From Candidatus Nanopelagicales bacterium (GTDB lineage Bacteria > Actinomycetota > Actinomycetes > S36-B12): a DNA stretch of 44,596 nucleotides. Positions 24,962-34,825 of the stretch are shown here, in pieces. The position numbers and the translations under genes were made by a program. The stretch's first letter is position 1. The number at the start of each line of letters is the position of its first letter. The notes beneath the pieces were generated by a model. That model worked only from the letters and a program-made list of their open reading frames with translations, was not told the DNA's origin and did not search any database. Location of the stretch: contig JBIIJX010000001.1 in NCBI GenBank assembly GCA_044233495.1, forward strand, positions 1-44,596, written 5' to 3'.

Positions 24962-25600
24962 ATGGCCGACTCGTGGATTCGCGTCATCATCCTGGAAGAC
25001 CATCCGATGATGAGAGAGACCCTCGAGGCCAGGCTTGTCACCCATTCGGATGACATGCTCGTCCTCTACGCGGGGCCCTCGATCGAGGATGCGCAGGTCT
25101 TGGCAGCCCGGAGCGACGTGAACTGCGTGATCCTCGACCTCGACCTCGGTGACGGCACCTCATTCACCGAGAACCTCGAGCAGGTCCGCTCGATAGGCGC
25201 CCCGATCCTCATTGTCAGCGCGAATGCCAGTCCCAGCGCCGTCCAGTTGGCGATGTCCCGGGGGGTCAAGGGCTACGTGTCGAAGCAGAGCCCGCCCGAG
25301 GAGTTCATCCGCGCGTTCGACGCGGTGCTCACCGACCAGGTCTACGTTTCCACCGATCTCGCCGCCATGATGTCTGCCGAGGCAGGCGGCCGCGTCAGCC
25401 TCTCGGCTCAAGAGCAGCGTGCGCTCATGCTCTACAGCTCGGGCATGAAGCTGGACGCCGTGGCCCGACGCATGGGGGTCAGTTCCGCCACGGCGAAGGA
25501 GTACATCAGGCGCGTGCGCATGAAGTACGCCGCCGCAGGCAACCCCGCCCCCACCAAGATCGAGCTGTACCGCAAGGCGCATGAGGAAGGCCTGCTGTAG
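24962..25600 (+). CDS. Response regulator, REC + LuxR-type HTH
   Basis: From the ATG at 24962 (SD GAGAGGAG). REC features are ILEDH, acceptor VILDLDLGDG, IVSAN and GYVSK. The C-terminal HTH is LSAQEQRALMLYSSGMKLDAVARRMGVSSATAKEYIRR. Confidence 0.85.
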   Translation: MADSWIRVIILEDHPMMRETLEARLVTHSDDMLVLYAGPSIEDAQVLAARSDVNCVILDLDLGDGTSFTENLEQVRSIGAPILIVSANASPSAVQLAMSRGVKGYVSKQSPPEEFIRAFDAVLTDQVYVSTDLAAMMSAEAGGRVSLSAQEQRALMLYSSGMKLDAVARRMGVSSATAKEYIRRVRMKYAAAGNPAPTKIELYRKAHEEGLL

Positions 25601-25602
25601 GG

Positions 25603-26169
25603 ATGCCGTCCTGCATCGCGCTGCTGGAGGACCATCCCATGATGCGCGACCTGCTTGCGGCCGCGATAGTCGGGATCCTCGGCCCCGCCACTGACGTGGT
25701 CGCGTGCGATCCCGCCGAATTGCTCGGACTCGATCCGCCGCCCGCCTTCGACCTTGCCGTCGTCGACCTCGACCTCGGATCCGACGCTTCGACACCTGTC
25801 CTCGTTCGGCACCTGGTGACGGCGGGTATCCCGACCGTGACCATCAGCGCAGGCGGCACACCTCTGGAGGTTCAGCAGGCCCTGCGCTCCGGCTCGATTG
25901 CGTTCGTCGCGAAGGCGCCGGGGCTACCCGAACTCGGCGAGGTCATCACCGCAGCATTGGACGGCCGCACGCACCTCACTCCCGAGCTTGCCGGGAGGCT
26001 CGCCTCCCCCGTCATTCCGGGCGTGGCACTGTCTGCCGAACAGGCACGTGCTCTGGCCCTTGCGTCGACGGGGATGTCGCGAACATCGATCGCCGGCAGC
26101 CTCGGGCGTACGACGGGTGACATTGCGAGCCTGCTCGCGTCGAGCATCACCGCCTACCGGGGCGCCTGA
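25603..26169 (+). CDS. Second response-regulator-like protein, REC + short LuxR-like HTH
   Basis: 188 aa with LLEDH, AVVDLDLGSD, TISAG and AFVAK. The HTH is LSAEQARALALASTGMSRTSIAGSLGRTTGDI. Starts 2 nt after the preceding regulator. Confidence 0.75.
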   Translation: MPSCIALLEDHPMMRDLLAAAIVGILGPATDVVACDPAELLGLDPPPAFDLAVVDLDLGSDASTPVLVRHLVTAGIPTVTISAGGTPLEVQQALRSGSIAFVAKAPGLPELGEVITAALDGRTHLTPELAGRLASPVIPGVALSAEQARALALASTGMSRTSIAGSLGRTTGDIASLLASSITAYRGA

Positions 26170-28406
26170 TGGCCACACACGCAATCGGCAGAGAGCCGCG
26201 CAGTCTCGTCAGCATGGTCGACTCGATCCGCACCGGCACGGTCGCCACGGGGACCGTCGCCCTGTTCGTGCCCGCCGCCGTCGCCCTCGCGCTCCAGTGG
26301 GAGAAGGCCACCCTCGGCGATACCGCCATCGTCACCGTGCCCATCGTGATCTCGGTCCTCGCGTGGGCCTTCAGCACCGGGGTCGTGCGAGCAACCCTCA
26401 TCGTCATCGCGGGCTTCGCCCTGCTGCTCGGCGAGCTGCTGCTCACGTCTCCGGGCGGACCGGTGTGGCCGCCGATCGCGAGCGCCACGTTCGCGGTCAT
26501 CGTCGTGGCCGTCGGGGGCCTTACTGTGCCGGCCTCCCTGGGCATCATCGTCGGCGCTTCGCTGCTGTGCTTCGTCGGCGTGCACTACTTCCCCGAGCGA
26601 GTGACCCTTATCTCCACCGAGCTGCTCGGTGGCTGGATCACGCCACTCGTCGACGTGGCTCTCGGTACGTCGATGCTCACCGTCCTCACCCAATGGCGCC
26701 GGACGGCAGCGCGATTCGACATCTCAGTGAGCGCCGCACGCGACGAGTACACGCTCGCCCAGCTCGAGCGCGAGGTGGATCATGCGCGCCGGGCAGTCGA
26801 CCGGCGCTTGCACGAGACCGTTCTCAACACCCTGCTGGTGCTCAGCGGCACTCCCTCGCCGGAGGCAGCTCGCGCGCAGTGCCGTCGCGACCTGGACTCG
26901 CTCGATCGCGTCGAGGCTGCGGTTCCACGCAATCTGTCCTCGCTGGTGCGGGAAGCGGTCGAGCGCGTGCCGGGGGTCACCACCGACGTGACGGTCTCGG
27001 GCGGACTCGCACAACCCCACGAGCGCGCCTGTCTGATCCTCCGCGATGCGCTCGTTGAACTGCTGCGCAATGTCGATCGTCACGCCGGCAGAGCGACGGC
27101 TCGGGTCGAGGCGCACACGGACGGCACGGACATCCGCATCGTCGTCGACGACGACGGCGTCGGCCCGATGGATGGTGCACCGCATGGATTCGGCACCCGC
27201 GAGGCGGTCGAGCGACCGGTGCAGTCCCTCGGCGGCACGGTCGAGTGGCGACAGCGGACCCCGCACGGTCTCCGGGTGACCATGACGGTGCCGACCTCAG
27301 CGCCCATGCCAGCGACGATCGGGCCGACATCCCGCGAGGTGCTGCTCGGCCCCATCTGGGCTCGTATCGCCATGAACCCGAGCGTGGCTCTCGGGCTCAT
27401 CGCGATCCCTGTTTCCGCCCTGGCATTCACCACCACTGCATGGATCCTCAGCTTCTTCGCCCTGCAGGTGCTCTCGCTAGCAGTGCTGATCCTGCGCCCG
27501 GCTGGACGTGCCCATGCTGCAGGCATGGTCGGCACCCTTGCCGCAGGCGTCGCGACCATCCTGGCGGCCTCCTGGCCCGGCGCGACGTGCTCCAACGCCA
27601 TGGAGATGCACTGGGTGATCTTCGCGGCAGCCGGGGGCGTCGTGCTCGTGATCCTCTCCCTGCAGTCGTGGGCGGCACGTCTGGCGGTGATCCTGTTCGT
27701 CGTCGGGGTGTCGGTCTTCGCGTCCGTCGCCTACCCACTCGAGTGCATCATCGATCCGCTCGACGCGGCCCTGGAGAACGCGGCATGGATCATCGCGATC
27801 ACGCTCGTCGTCGGCGTGCTGGCCGTGACCGCGGATCGGGCACGCACGCGGGCCGAAGCGGATCTTCGCTCCACTGCTGCACTTCGCGCGGCAAATGCCG
27901 CGGCTGCCGCGGCCGCCGATCGCTGGAGCGCTGTGGGGCCGGTGACACGCATGCTCCTCAGCGACGTCGCCGACGGTCGACTCGACGCCCGCACTGACGA
28001 GGTCCGGCGGTTGGCGATGAACGAGGAGGCGGTTCTGCGCTCACGACTGGAGATCGGACGACTGACGTCGGAGGAGGCACGGGCGACCTGGGAGCGCCTG
28101 CTGGACACTGCGCTCGACGCCCGGATACGGCTGAATGTGCGCGTTCGTGGGGTGGTGGAGGAGGGACCGCTCGACACCGGAGCCCTGGACGGGATCGACT
28201 ACATCATCCGCCACTGCCACGGCCCTGAACTGGAGGTTGCCATCCTCGAGGACTCCCTGCTGTGCTCGGTGGAGTGCACCGACTCCACTCCCCTGCCACC
28301 ACCGTGGCGACTGCTCGAGGTCACCGACACCGGGCAGCGGATCCTCGAGTGGCCCGGGACAACGGTCGGCGCCCACTCCCCGGTGACGGATCCCGTCACG
28401 CACTAG
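26169..28406 (+). CDS. Sensor histidine kinase with atypical TM-kinase-TM-extra-domain architecture
   Basis: 745 aa. An N-terminal TM block is followed by a kinase core at about 26736-27294: H-box RRLHETVLNTLL, N-box ELLRNVDRHAG, G1 DDDGVG, G2 GFGTRE. A second block of about 6 TM segments follows, then a 180-aa C-terminal domain. TGATG overlap with the upstream regulator. Confidence 0.8.
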   Translation: MATHAIGREPRSLVSMVDSIRTGTVATGTVALFVPAAVALALQWEKATLGDTAIVTVPIVISVLAWAFSTGVVRATLIVIAGFALLLGELLLTSPGGPVWPPIASATFAVIVVAVGGLTVPASLGIIVGASLLCFVGVHYFPERVTLISTELLGGWITPLVDVALGTSMLTVLTQWRRTAARFDISVSAARDEYTLAQLEREVDHARRAVDRRLHETVLNTLLVLSGTPSPEAARAQCRRDLDSLDRVEAAVPRNLSSLVREAVERVPGVTTDVTVSGGLAQPHERACLILRDALVELLRNVDRHAGRATARVEAHTDGTDIRIVVDDDGVGPMDGAPHGFGTREAVERPVQSLGGTVEWRQRTPHGLRVTMTVPTSAPMPATIGPTSREVLLGPIWARIAMNPSVALGLIAIPVSALAFTTTAWILSFFALQVLSLAVLILRPAGRAHAAGMVGTLAAGVATILAASWPGATCSNAMEMHWVIFAAAGGVVLVILSLQSWAARLAVILFVVGVSVFASVAYPLECIIDPLDAALENAAWIIAITLVVGVLAVTADRARTRAEADLRSTAALRAANAAAAAAADRWSAVGPVTRMLLSDVADGRLDARTDEVRRLAMNEEAVLRSRLEIGRLTSEEARATWERLLDTALDARIRLNVRVRGVVEEGPLDTGALDGIDYIIRHCHGPELEVAILEDSLLCSVECTDSTPLPPPWRLLEVTDTGQRILEWPGTTVGAHSPVTDPVTH

Positions 28407-28415
28407 ATTTCCCGG

Positions 28416-30596
28416 GTGGCCCTGCGCGCGCACGATCCAGGCGGCATCGCGACGCGTCGGGCCATCCGCGCAGCGGTGGCGCTTCCGCTCACCATCGTTA
28501 TCGTCTCGTATCCGCTCGCGAACCGGGCGGGAGCGATCTTCGCGGTGTTGGGCGTCGTGGGCCTGCTCATCAATGCCGACTTCGCCGGCACCGTGCGCAG
28601 TCGCATCCTGGCCTACGCGGCCACCGGAGTCGCCGGAACGGCGGCAGTTCTGCTGGGCTGGGCGGTGTCACTGACGCTGGTGTCGGCAGTCGTGGTCACG
28701 ATGGTCGTCGCGTTCGCCCTGACTCTGCTCAGCATCTTCCGGGGGTCGGTGTCATCAGGGACCGCTGCGGTCCTGCTGCTCTATGTACTCGCCGTCTGTG
28801 TCGGGGGACCGTCCAGCAGCCTTCCGGCCAACCTGCTCGGCTGGTGGATCGCGGTCGTCGTCAGCACCTTGACCGCCGTGCTCCTCCTTCCGCGCACCAC
28901 GCGACCGAGCGTGCGACCACTCATGGCGCAGGCGTATGCAGCGGCGGCAGGCGCCGCACGGTCCGCTTGGGGCGCGGAAAGCGACGACGCGGCCGTTGCA
29001 CGGCACGTCAGGGACTTCGACACCGCCGTCGACGGCATGGAGACCCACCTCGCCGATCAGCCCTTCCGCACACAGGGTCTCAGCGAGCGCGAGGGCATCA
29101 TCAGCATCCTGTCGAACCTGCTCTCCAGCGTGAGGCTGCTTGTCGACGAGGTGAGCCGGGTGACCCCATTCACGACGAGCGTGCCCTTTCCTGCACGCGC
29201 GCAGCTTGCCGACGCCACGGTCGACGCCCTGGGCTCGCTGTCACGAGCCATGGACGACCCCTCGCTGATCATCAGCGCGAAGGCGGTCGATGAAGCCCGT
29301 CGGTCCATGAACGACGGCGTCGACACATGGGTCATGACCATGACGCAGCAGGGCATGGCCGCGGAGGACATCTCCCGGGACGTCGCGGCGCATCACCGCA
29401 TGCGCATCTTCGCTCTGCTGACGGAGCAGATGGTCGAGATGGCGAGAGTGGCCAACGGTGGCGACGTGGAGGAACTCGATGCCCGGCCACCTGTCCCCAA
29501 GCGATCGGCACGGCGGATGCTGTCGGCCCAGTTGACGCTGCAGAGTCCCTGGATGCGCAATGCCATCCGCAGCGGCGTGGGTCTCGGGCTCGGCGTGCTG
29601 GTCATGAGCCTCACCGGTGTGGACCGGGGCTTCTGGGTGCTGCTCGCCGTCATTGCCGTGCTTCGCTTCGACGCCATCGGCACACGGCGCTACGCGCTCT
29701 TGGCCATCGTCGGCACGGGACTCGGCGTGGTCGCCGGGCTGGGTCTGATCGCACTCGTCGGCGGTCATCCCCTAGGACTGTGGATCCTGCTGCCGCTGCT
29801 CACCTTCGTGGCGGCATGGGCGGGCTCGGCGGTCAACTTCCCGTCGGGGCAGGCTGCGTTCACCGCGATGGTGCTCGTGGCCCTGGGCATCGTGAACTGG
29901 CCTCCGGATCCCGCCTTGGGGCTGGTGCGCCTTCAGGACATCGCCTTGGGCGCTGGTGTCGCCTTCGTCGTGGGGCTGCTGCTGTGGCCTCGTGGTGCCG
30001 CGGCATACCTCCGCACGCGCCTCGCGGCCTCCTTCCGGGCATCGAGTGACCACCTCGAGCATGCGTTGGCATCGTTCACCGACGATGACGAGCTCAGTCG
30101 CCTGCCCGCCCTGAGGTCCGTAGCCCTCGGTGAGATCTACCGAACGGGTGAGACCTTCGACGTGGCCACCGCGCAGCCCGGCACTGCGCACCAGGTGCGG
30201 GAGTGGATCCCCGCCCTCAATCTTGCGGTGCTCGTCGAGACGGTCGCACGTCTCGTCGGCGACTTCGCCGGCCGCTACCCGATCACGGATGCCGCGCCAT
30301 CCCTGCGGCAGCCACTGGATGCGGCACGTCAGCGGAGCACCGTCATGTGGAAGGCGCTCGCGGATCACATTGATCCCAATGTGCCGGACGCCGCGGCGCT
30401 GCCCGGAGGGCCGAGGCTCGCTCTCCCGACTCTCACCCCGATCCGCAGCATCGACGCGGCCCGGCAGCTCGTCATCGCCGTCTGGGTGGTGGACTGGATC
30501 CAGCACCTAGTGGACGTGGTGCCGGACGTCCTGCCCACCTCGGATTCCCCACAGCGCACGGCAGCGACCCCGGTCGCACCCACCGCGGCCACCTGA
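28416..30596 (+). CDS. FUSC-family (fusaric acid resistance / aromatic acid exporter-like) membrane protein
   Basis: 726 aa with two TM bundles separated by a large soluble region. The repeat-unit start MRNAIRSGVGLGLGVLV...RGFWVLLAVIAV is typical of FUSC/ArAE proteins. Confidence 0.65.
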   Translation: MALRAHDPGGIATRRAIRAAVALPLTIVIVSYPLANRAGAIFAVLGVVGLLINADFAGTVRSRILAYAATGVAGTAAVLLGWAVSLTLVSAVVVTMVVAFALTLLSIFRGSVSSGTAAVLLLYVLAVCVGGPSSSLPANLLGWWIAVVVSTLTAVLLLPRTTRPSVRPLMAQAYAAAAGAARSAWGAESDDAAVARHVRDFDTAVDGMETHLADQPFRTQGLSEREGIISILSNLLSSVRLLVDEVSRVTPFTTSVPFPARAQLADATVDALGSLSRAMDDPSLIISAKAVDEARRSMNDGVDTWVMTMTQQGMAAEDISRDVAAHHRMRIFALLTEQMVEMARVANGGDVEELDARPPVPKRSARRMLSAQLTLQSPWMRNAIRSGVGLGLGVLVMSLTGVDRGFWVLLAVIAVLRFDAIGTRRYALLAIVGTGLGVVAGLGLIALVGGHPLGLWILLPLLTFVAAWAGSAVNFPSGQAAFTAMVLVALGIVNWPPDPALGLVRLQDIALGAGVAFVVGLLLWPRGAAAYLRTRLAASFRASSDHLEHALASFTDDDELSRLPALRSVALGEIYRTGETFDVATAQPGTAHQVREWIPALNLAVLVETVARLVGDFAGRYPITDAAPSLRQPLDAARQRSTVMWKALADHIDPNVPDAAALPGGPRLALPTLTPIRSIDAARQLVIAVWVVDWIQHLVDVVPDVLPTSDSPQRTAATPVAPTAAT

Positions 30597-30651
30597 CTGT
30601 CAGACCCGCAGAACACACTGTGATCAGTCTCGACGAATTCGGGGGTTGCTC

Positions 30652-30789
30652 ATGCTCGACTGGATCCTCAACCCGTTCGGGGTCAGCCTCGGCGCCTACG
30701 TGGTGCTGTGGATCGGCCTGCTGGCCTGCCTCGTCGTCGGCGTCATCGCTGGCGTCGTGTCGCTCATCCGGGGCCGGAACAGGCGCTGA
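30652..30789 (+). CDS. Candidate 45-aa membrane peptide (below the ORF-track cutoff)
   Basis: Own translation: MLDWILNPFGVSLGAYVVLWIGLLACLVVGVIAGVVSLIRGRNRR. One TM segment and a basic tail. Nearly all codons end in G or C. A G-rich stretch lies upstream of the ATG. Confidence 0.35.
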   Translation: MLDWILNPFGVSLGAYVVLWIGLLACLVVGVIAGVVSLIRGRNRR

Positions 30790-30841
30790 CCTCGCATCCT
30801 CCACGGGTGGGTAGACTCCCGGCACCGGGGTTCGCCCCCCT

Positions 30842-30915
30842 GCGGGTGTAGTTCAATGGCAGAACATCAGCTTCCCAAGCTGACAGTGCGGGTTCGATTC
30901 CCGTCACCCGCTCCA
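30842..30915 (+). tRNA. tRNA-Gly (anticodon CCC)
   Basis: 74 nt. Acceptor stem gcgggtg/cacccgc, D-arm tagttcaatggcaga, anticodon stem tcagc/gctga with loop ttCCCaa, T-arm gcggg-ttcgatt-cccgt, and an encoded CCA end. Confidence 0.92.
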
Positions 30916-30936
30916 CACAAATCCACGGCGTCCGCC

Positions 30937-33105
30937 TCACAGCTCCTGTCGTGCGGCGAGTTGCGCGAACAGCCCTCCGGATTCGAGCAGCTCTGCCGGC
31001 GATCCGGATTCCGCGATGGTCCCGCCCGCAACGACCAGGACACGGTCGGCATGACGGACCGTGGACAGGCGATGCGCGATGACAATCCTGGTAGCGGTGG
31101 ATTCGAGAATCGTCCGCATGACCACCGCCTGGGTGGCGTTGTCGAGTGCGCTGGTGGCTTCGTCGAACAGGAGGATGGCTGGATCCCCCGCGAGGGCGGC
31201 GGCGACCATGATGCGCTGTCGTTGGCCTCCGCTCAAGGCCGATCCGGCGTCACCGACGGGTGTATCAAGGCCGAGGGGCAGATGGGCGACATCCTCGGCA
31301 AGGCCGGCTTGTTCGACGATTCGGGCGAGTTCCGCATCGTCGAGCCGCCGCGGCCCGCAGATGGACTCGCGGACGGTGACGCCGAGCGGAAAGGACGACT
31401 GCAGCACGGTGCCGATCTGCCTGCGCACGGAGGCGACGTCAAGGGTGGACAGGTCCGATCCGTCGTAGGCCACCATCCCCGACCACGGCTCCTCGAATCC
31501 GAGCAGCAGCCGGGTCAGCGTCGACTTCCCGCTTCCGGACGGCCCGACGAGAGCGACGAACTCCCCGGGCTTGACCTCTAGTGACATGCCGGAGAACAGC
31601 GGGGTGCGATCGCGGCGGTAGCCGAAGTCCACGTCGTGGAGGGAGACCGCACCCTTGAGAGCTCCGGGAGTCGACCGGTGATACTCGGTCGGACTGTTGA
31701 GGATGGGCTCCAACCGAGACAGCTGCGGACCGTACTCCGAGAGCGTCACAAGATTGGTGGTGAGCGCGATCATGGCGATTGTCACCTGCATCAGCGCGGC
31801 GTACATGGCGATGAAGACCCCGGGGGCACTCGACGTCCCCGGCCTCAAGAAGTCGCCCGGGAGAAGCACGATCGACACGATGAACACGGCCAGTACTGCC
31901 ATGGGGCCGACCTCGGCCATGGGGGAACCGAGGGACACCGCTCGAAGGCGGTTCCGCAAGGCGAGTGTGCTCGCCTGCTGCTTGTGTGCCCAGCGAGCCA
32001 GCGCGCGATTCTCGGCCGCGCCCGATCGCCAGGACACGATGTTCGCGAGGATCGAGAGCAGGAGCGCATCCGCCTCGCTGCGCTTCTCGAGCAGTGGATG
32101 CAGAAGGGCACGGCCGCGAAGCTGCAAGGCGACCGATGCGGCGAGCACGACGAGAACGGTGCCGGCGGCGATGAGTGCCGTACCAGGCCCTGCCGCGAAC
32201 AGGTAGCCGATGCTGACGAGTCCGAAAACGGAGGTCAGCAGGATGGAGACCACGGAGTCGTCGACTGCCCGACGGGCAGTCTCGACGGCCAGCGTTCGAT
32301 TGGCCACGTCACCCACCGTGTGCGACCGAAAGAACCCCGCTTTCAGCCGCAGCATCCATGCCATGATGCCCGTGCCGAGCAGGAAGTCCATTCGATCGCG
32401 GGTGCTAAGCACGATTCTTCCACTCTGGAGCGCGAGGAGGGCCAGGCCAATGCTGGCGATTGCGAAGACCCCGAGCAGGGCGAGGAGCAGATCGAAGCGA
32501 GCGAGGGGCAGCGCGGTCTGGAACACCACCCCCGTGGTCAGGGGCAGCAGGAGAGCACCCGCTCCCGTGATCACGGCAAGGGCGAGCAGTGCACCCAGAT
32601 CCGACCCCTGACGCCTCAGGGACCAGCGGATAAGCGACCACCACCGGCTGTTCGCGGGCAGGGTGACGGCAAAGGCCACCGCCTCCGGCTCCACGCCCAC
32701 CGGCTCGCGGTACCGGAAGGGTCGCGTCTTGCGGGTCCCACCCTCGACCAGCAATGCCCGCTGGCCGTCCGGCACAACCGCGGCGGGCGCTCCGTTGGCG
32801 CGCACGAGCAGCGGAACAGGGACGTGCTCGAACCAACGGCCGGTGAGCCGCACACGCCAAGGCATCCACCCTGAGGCGATACTCGTGCCCTCCACGAGCG
32901 AGAGCGCACCAAGGTCCACGGGGTCGACGGCCGGCTGGTTCAGCGCGGCACCCACGATCGAGAGCGCGTCCGCCGTCGGATCCACGCGAACCGGAGCGGA
33001 GCGCCCAGGAGATTCGCGGGTCGAAGTCAGGCGCAGCACGACCTCGTCCAGCGGATCGGGACCCGCGGACGATTCCGTGGCCGCCGTTGCCTCTGAGTCA
33101 GCCAT
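30937..33105 (-). CDS. ABC transporter permease/ATPase with a ~170-aa N-terminal extension (bacteriocin-exporter type)
   Basis: 722 aa with Walker A GPSGSGKST, signature LSGGQRQR and Walker B ILLFDEATSALD. A 6-TM exporter domain is preceded by a soluble N-domain. Confidence 0.85.
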   Translation of the reverse strand: MADSEATAATESSAGPDPLDEVVLRLTSTRESPGRSAPVRVDPTADALSIVGAALNQPAVDPVDLGALSLVEGTSIASGWMPWRVRLTGRWFEHVPVPLLVRANGAPAAVVPDGQRALLVEGGTRKTRPFRYREPVGVEPEAVAFAVTLPANSRWWSLIRWSLRRQGSDLGALLALAVITGAGALLLPLTTGVVFQTALPLARFDLLLALLGVFAIASIGLALLALQSGRIVLSTRDRMDFLLGTGIMAWMLRLKAGFFRSHTVGDVANRTLAVETARRAVDDSVVSILLTSVFGLVSIGYLFAAGPGTALIAAGTVLVVLAASVALQLRGRALLHPLLEKRSEADALLLSILANIVSWRSGAAENRALARWAHKQQASTLALRNRLRAVSLGSPMAEVGPMAVLAVFIVSIVLLPGDFLRPGTSSAPGVFIAMYAALMQVTIAMIALTTNLVTLSEYGPQLSRLEPILNSPTEYHRSTPGALKGAVSLHDVDFGYRRDRTPLFSGMSLEVKPGEFVALVGPSGSGKSTLTRLLLGFEEPWSGMVAYDGSDLSTLDVASVRRQIGTVLQSSFPLGVTVRESICGPRRLDDAELARIVEQAGLAEDVAHLPLGLDTPVGDAGSALSGGQRQRIMVAAALAGDPAILLFDEATSALDNATQAVVMRTILESTATRIVIAHRLSTVRHADRVLVVAGGTIAESGSPAELLESGGLFAQLAARQEL

Positions 33106-34825
33106 ATGCCAGCTCCGCGAAGCGTCCTCCGAGTCGGAGCTCGTCGAAGGATCCCTGCTGCACGATCTTCCCGTGCTCCATGACGATGATGTGCTCGGCG
33201 TCGCGAACGCTGCTCAGCCTGTGCGCGACAACCAGGCACGTGCAGCCCCGCTCACGCAGCGTACGGCTGACCTCGAACTCCGTCACGGGATCGAGCGCGC
33301 TGGTCGCCTCGTCGAGAATGAGCAGACCGGGATCTCGAACGAGAGCACGCGCGATGGCCAGTCGCTGCAGCTCGCCGCCGCTGAAGCCGTGCCCCGTCGA
33401 GGTGACGCGCTCCTGAAGACCACCCGGTCGCGCCTCGATCACCTCGAGCACTCGGGCATCGATGAGGGCGCGACGGATCGACTCCACGGAGATACCCGGG
33501 TCGAACATCGTGACGTTCTCGGCGATGGTGCCGGGCATGAGCACGGGCTGCTGCGGCACGTAGCCCACGCGCAGGGTCCGCTGCGCGCGCGGGATGTCGA
33601 GTCGGGGCCGGCCGTCAATGAGCACGCTGCCGCTCCACGGCTGAAGCTCGCCGACCGCGAGCCGGGAGAGGGTCGACTTCCCGCTTCCGCTGGAACCCAC
33701 CACTGCGAGCCAGGAGCCCGCTGGAACGTCCACGTCCACGTCGGACAGGATGGGGTCCTCGTCGGGCGCGTAGCCGAAGGTCACGCCCTTCAGCGCGAGC
33801 CCGATGGGGCCGTCAGTCACCCTGCCCGCCGAGCCGATCGACACGATCTCGGGGTCGAGGTCCAGTGTCGCGACTGAGTCGGCCTGACGCTGGAGGCTGC
33901 CGACCGACTCGACCAGGGTGCCGATCCACACGAGTCGACCCGCCGGCACAAGAATCGCGAGCAGCAGCGCCTGGACGGCAACGAACGTGCCGAGGCTGAG
34001 GCTGCCGGCGAAGACCAGCATGGATCCCACACCGAGGACGAGGCCCAGACCAAAGGTGTAGGTCAGTGGCGACACCAGACCGAGTCGGAGACTGTCCCGC
34101 GACAGCGTGGACCATGCGTCGGAGGCAACCGAGCGCCGCTGGTTCCATCGATCGAAGATCCAGGCCTCCCAGCTCGCTGCCTTGATCGCCTCGATGGATG
34201 CCACGACACCCGTGGTTTCGGCTGTCAGCGCGATCATGGTCGCGTCGGCCTGAGACTGGAGGATCCTCCTTCGCCTGAGGAGCAGCGTGCTCACCAGGAT
34301 GGAGCCCAGCACCGCGCTCAGGCCGACGAGGCCCAGCGCGGCGTTGAGCACAAGGACGACAACGCTGAAGATGCAGATCATCACGATGTTCACGAGGGCC
34401 ATCGGCACAAGCAGGCCGCTGAGGAACGCGTACTTCTGCATGGCCCCGGCGCGAGCGGTGAGATCCCCTGGCCCGAAGCGCTGGATCGTGGGCACCGGAA
34501 GCCGCAGGATCTGCCAGGTGAAGCGCGTCGACTCCGTCGCGCTCAGCCGCACGGCTAGTCGGGAGAGTGTGCGGTAGATGATCAGGGTCAAGGAAAACAC
34601 GAGGACAACCGCCGCCACCATGCCGACGACGACCGGTGTTCCCCATTGACTGTCAGCCGCGACCAGGTAGTCGTTGACGAAGGCCCGCACGAGGAGCGGA
34701 ACGACCACCCCCGGCACCGTCAAGAGCGCTGCGGCGAGTGCGACATAGACATAGGACGAAGGACTGAGCGAAACCAGCGTCCGGATCAGCGAGATCTGGT
34801 CCCCAGCCCCCGGCCGATCGGTCAT
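33098..34825 (-). CDS. ABC transporter permease/ATPase (exporter type, no C39 peptidase domain)
   Basis: 575 aa with Walker A GSSGSGKST, signature FSGGELQR and Walker B LLILDEATSALD. Overlaps the downstream ABC gene by 8 nt. Confidence 0.85.
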   Translation of the reverse strand: MTDRPGAGDQISLIRTLVSLSPSSYVYVALAAALLTVPGVVVPLLVRAFVNDYLVAADSQWGTPVVVGMVAAVVLVFSLTLIIYRTLSRLAVRLSATESTRFTWQILRLPVPTIQRFGPGDLTARAGAMQKYAFLSGLLVPMALVNIVMICIFSVVVLVLNAALGLVGLSAVLGSILVSTLLLRRRRILQSQADATMIALTAETTGVVASIEAIKAASWEAWIFDRWNQRRSVASDAWSTLSRDSLRLGLVSPLTYTFGLGLVLGVGSMLVFAGSLSLGTFVAVQALLLAILVPAGRLVWIGTLVESVGSLQRQADSVATLDLDPEIVSIGSAGRVTDGPIGLALKGVTFGYAPDEDPILSDVDVDVPAGSWLAVVGSSGSGKSTLSRLAVGELQPWSGSVLIDGRPRLDIPRAQRTLRVGYVPQQPVLMPGTIAENVTMFDPGISVESIRRALIDARVLEVIEARPGGLQERVTSTGHGFSGGELQRLAIARALVRDPGLLILDEATSALDPVTEFEVSRTLRERGCTCLVVAHRLSSVRDAEHIIVMEHGKIVQQGSFDELRLGGRFAELAYG

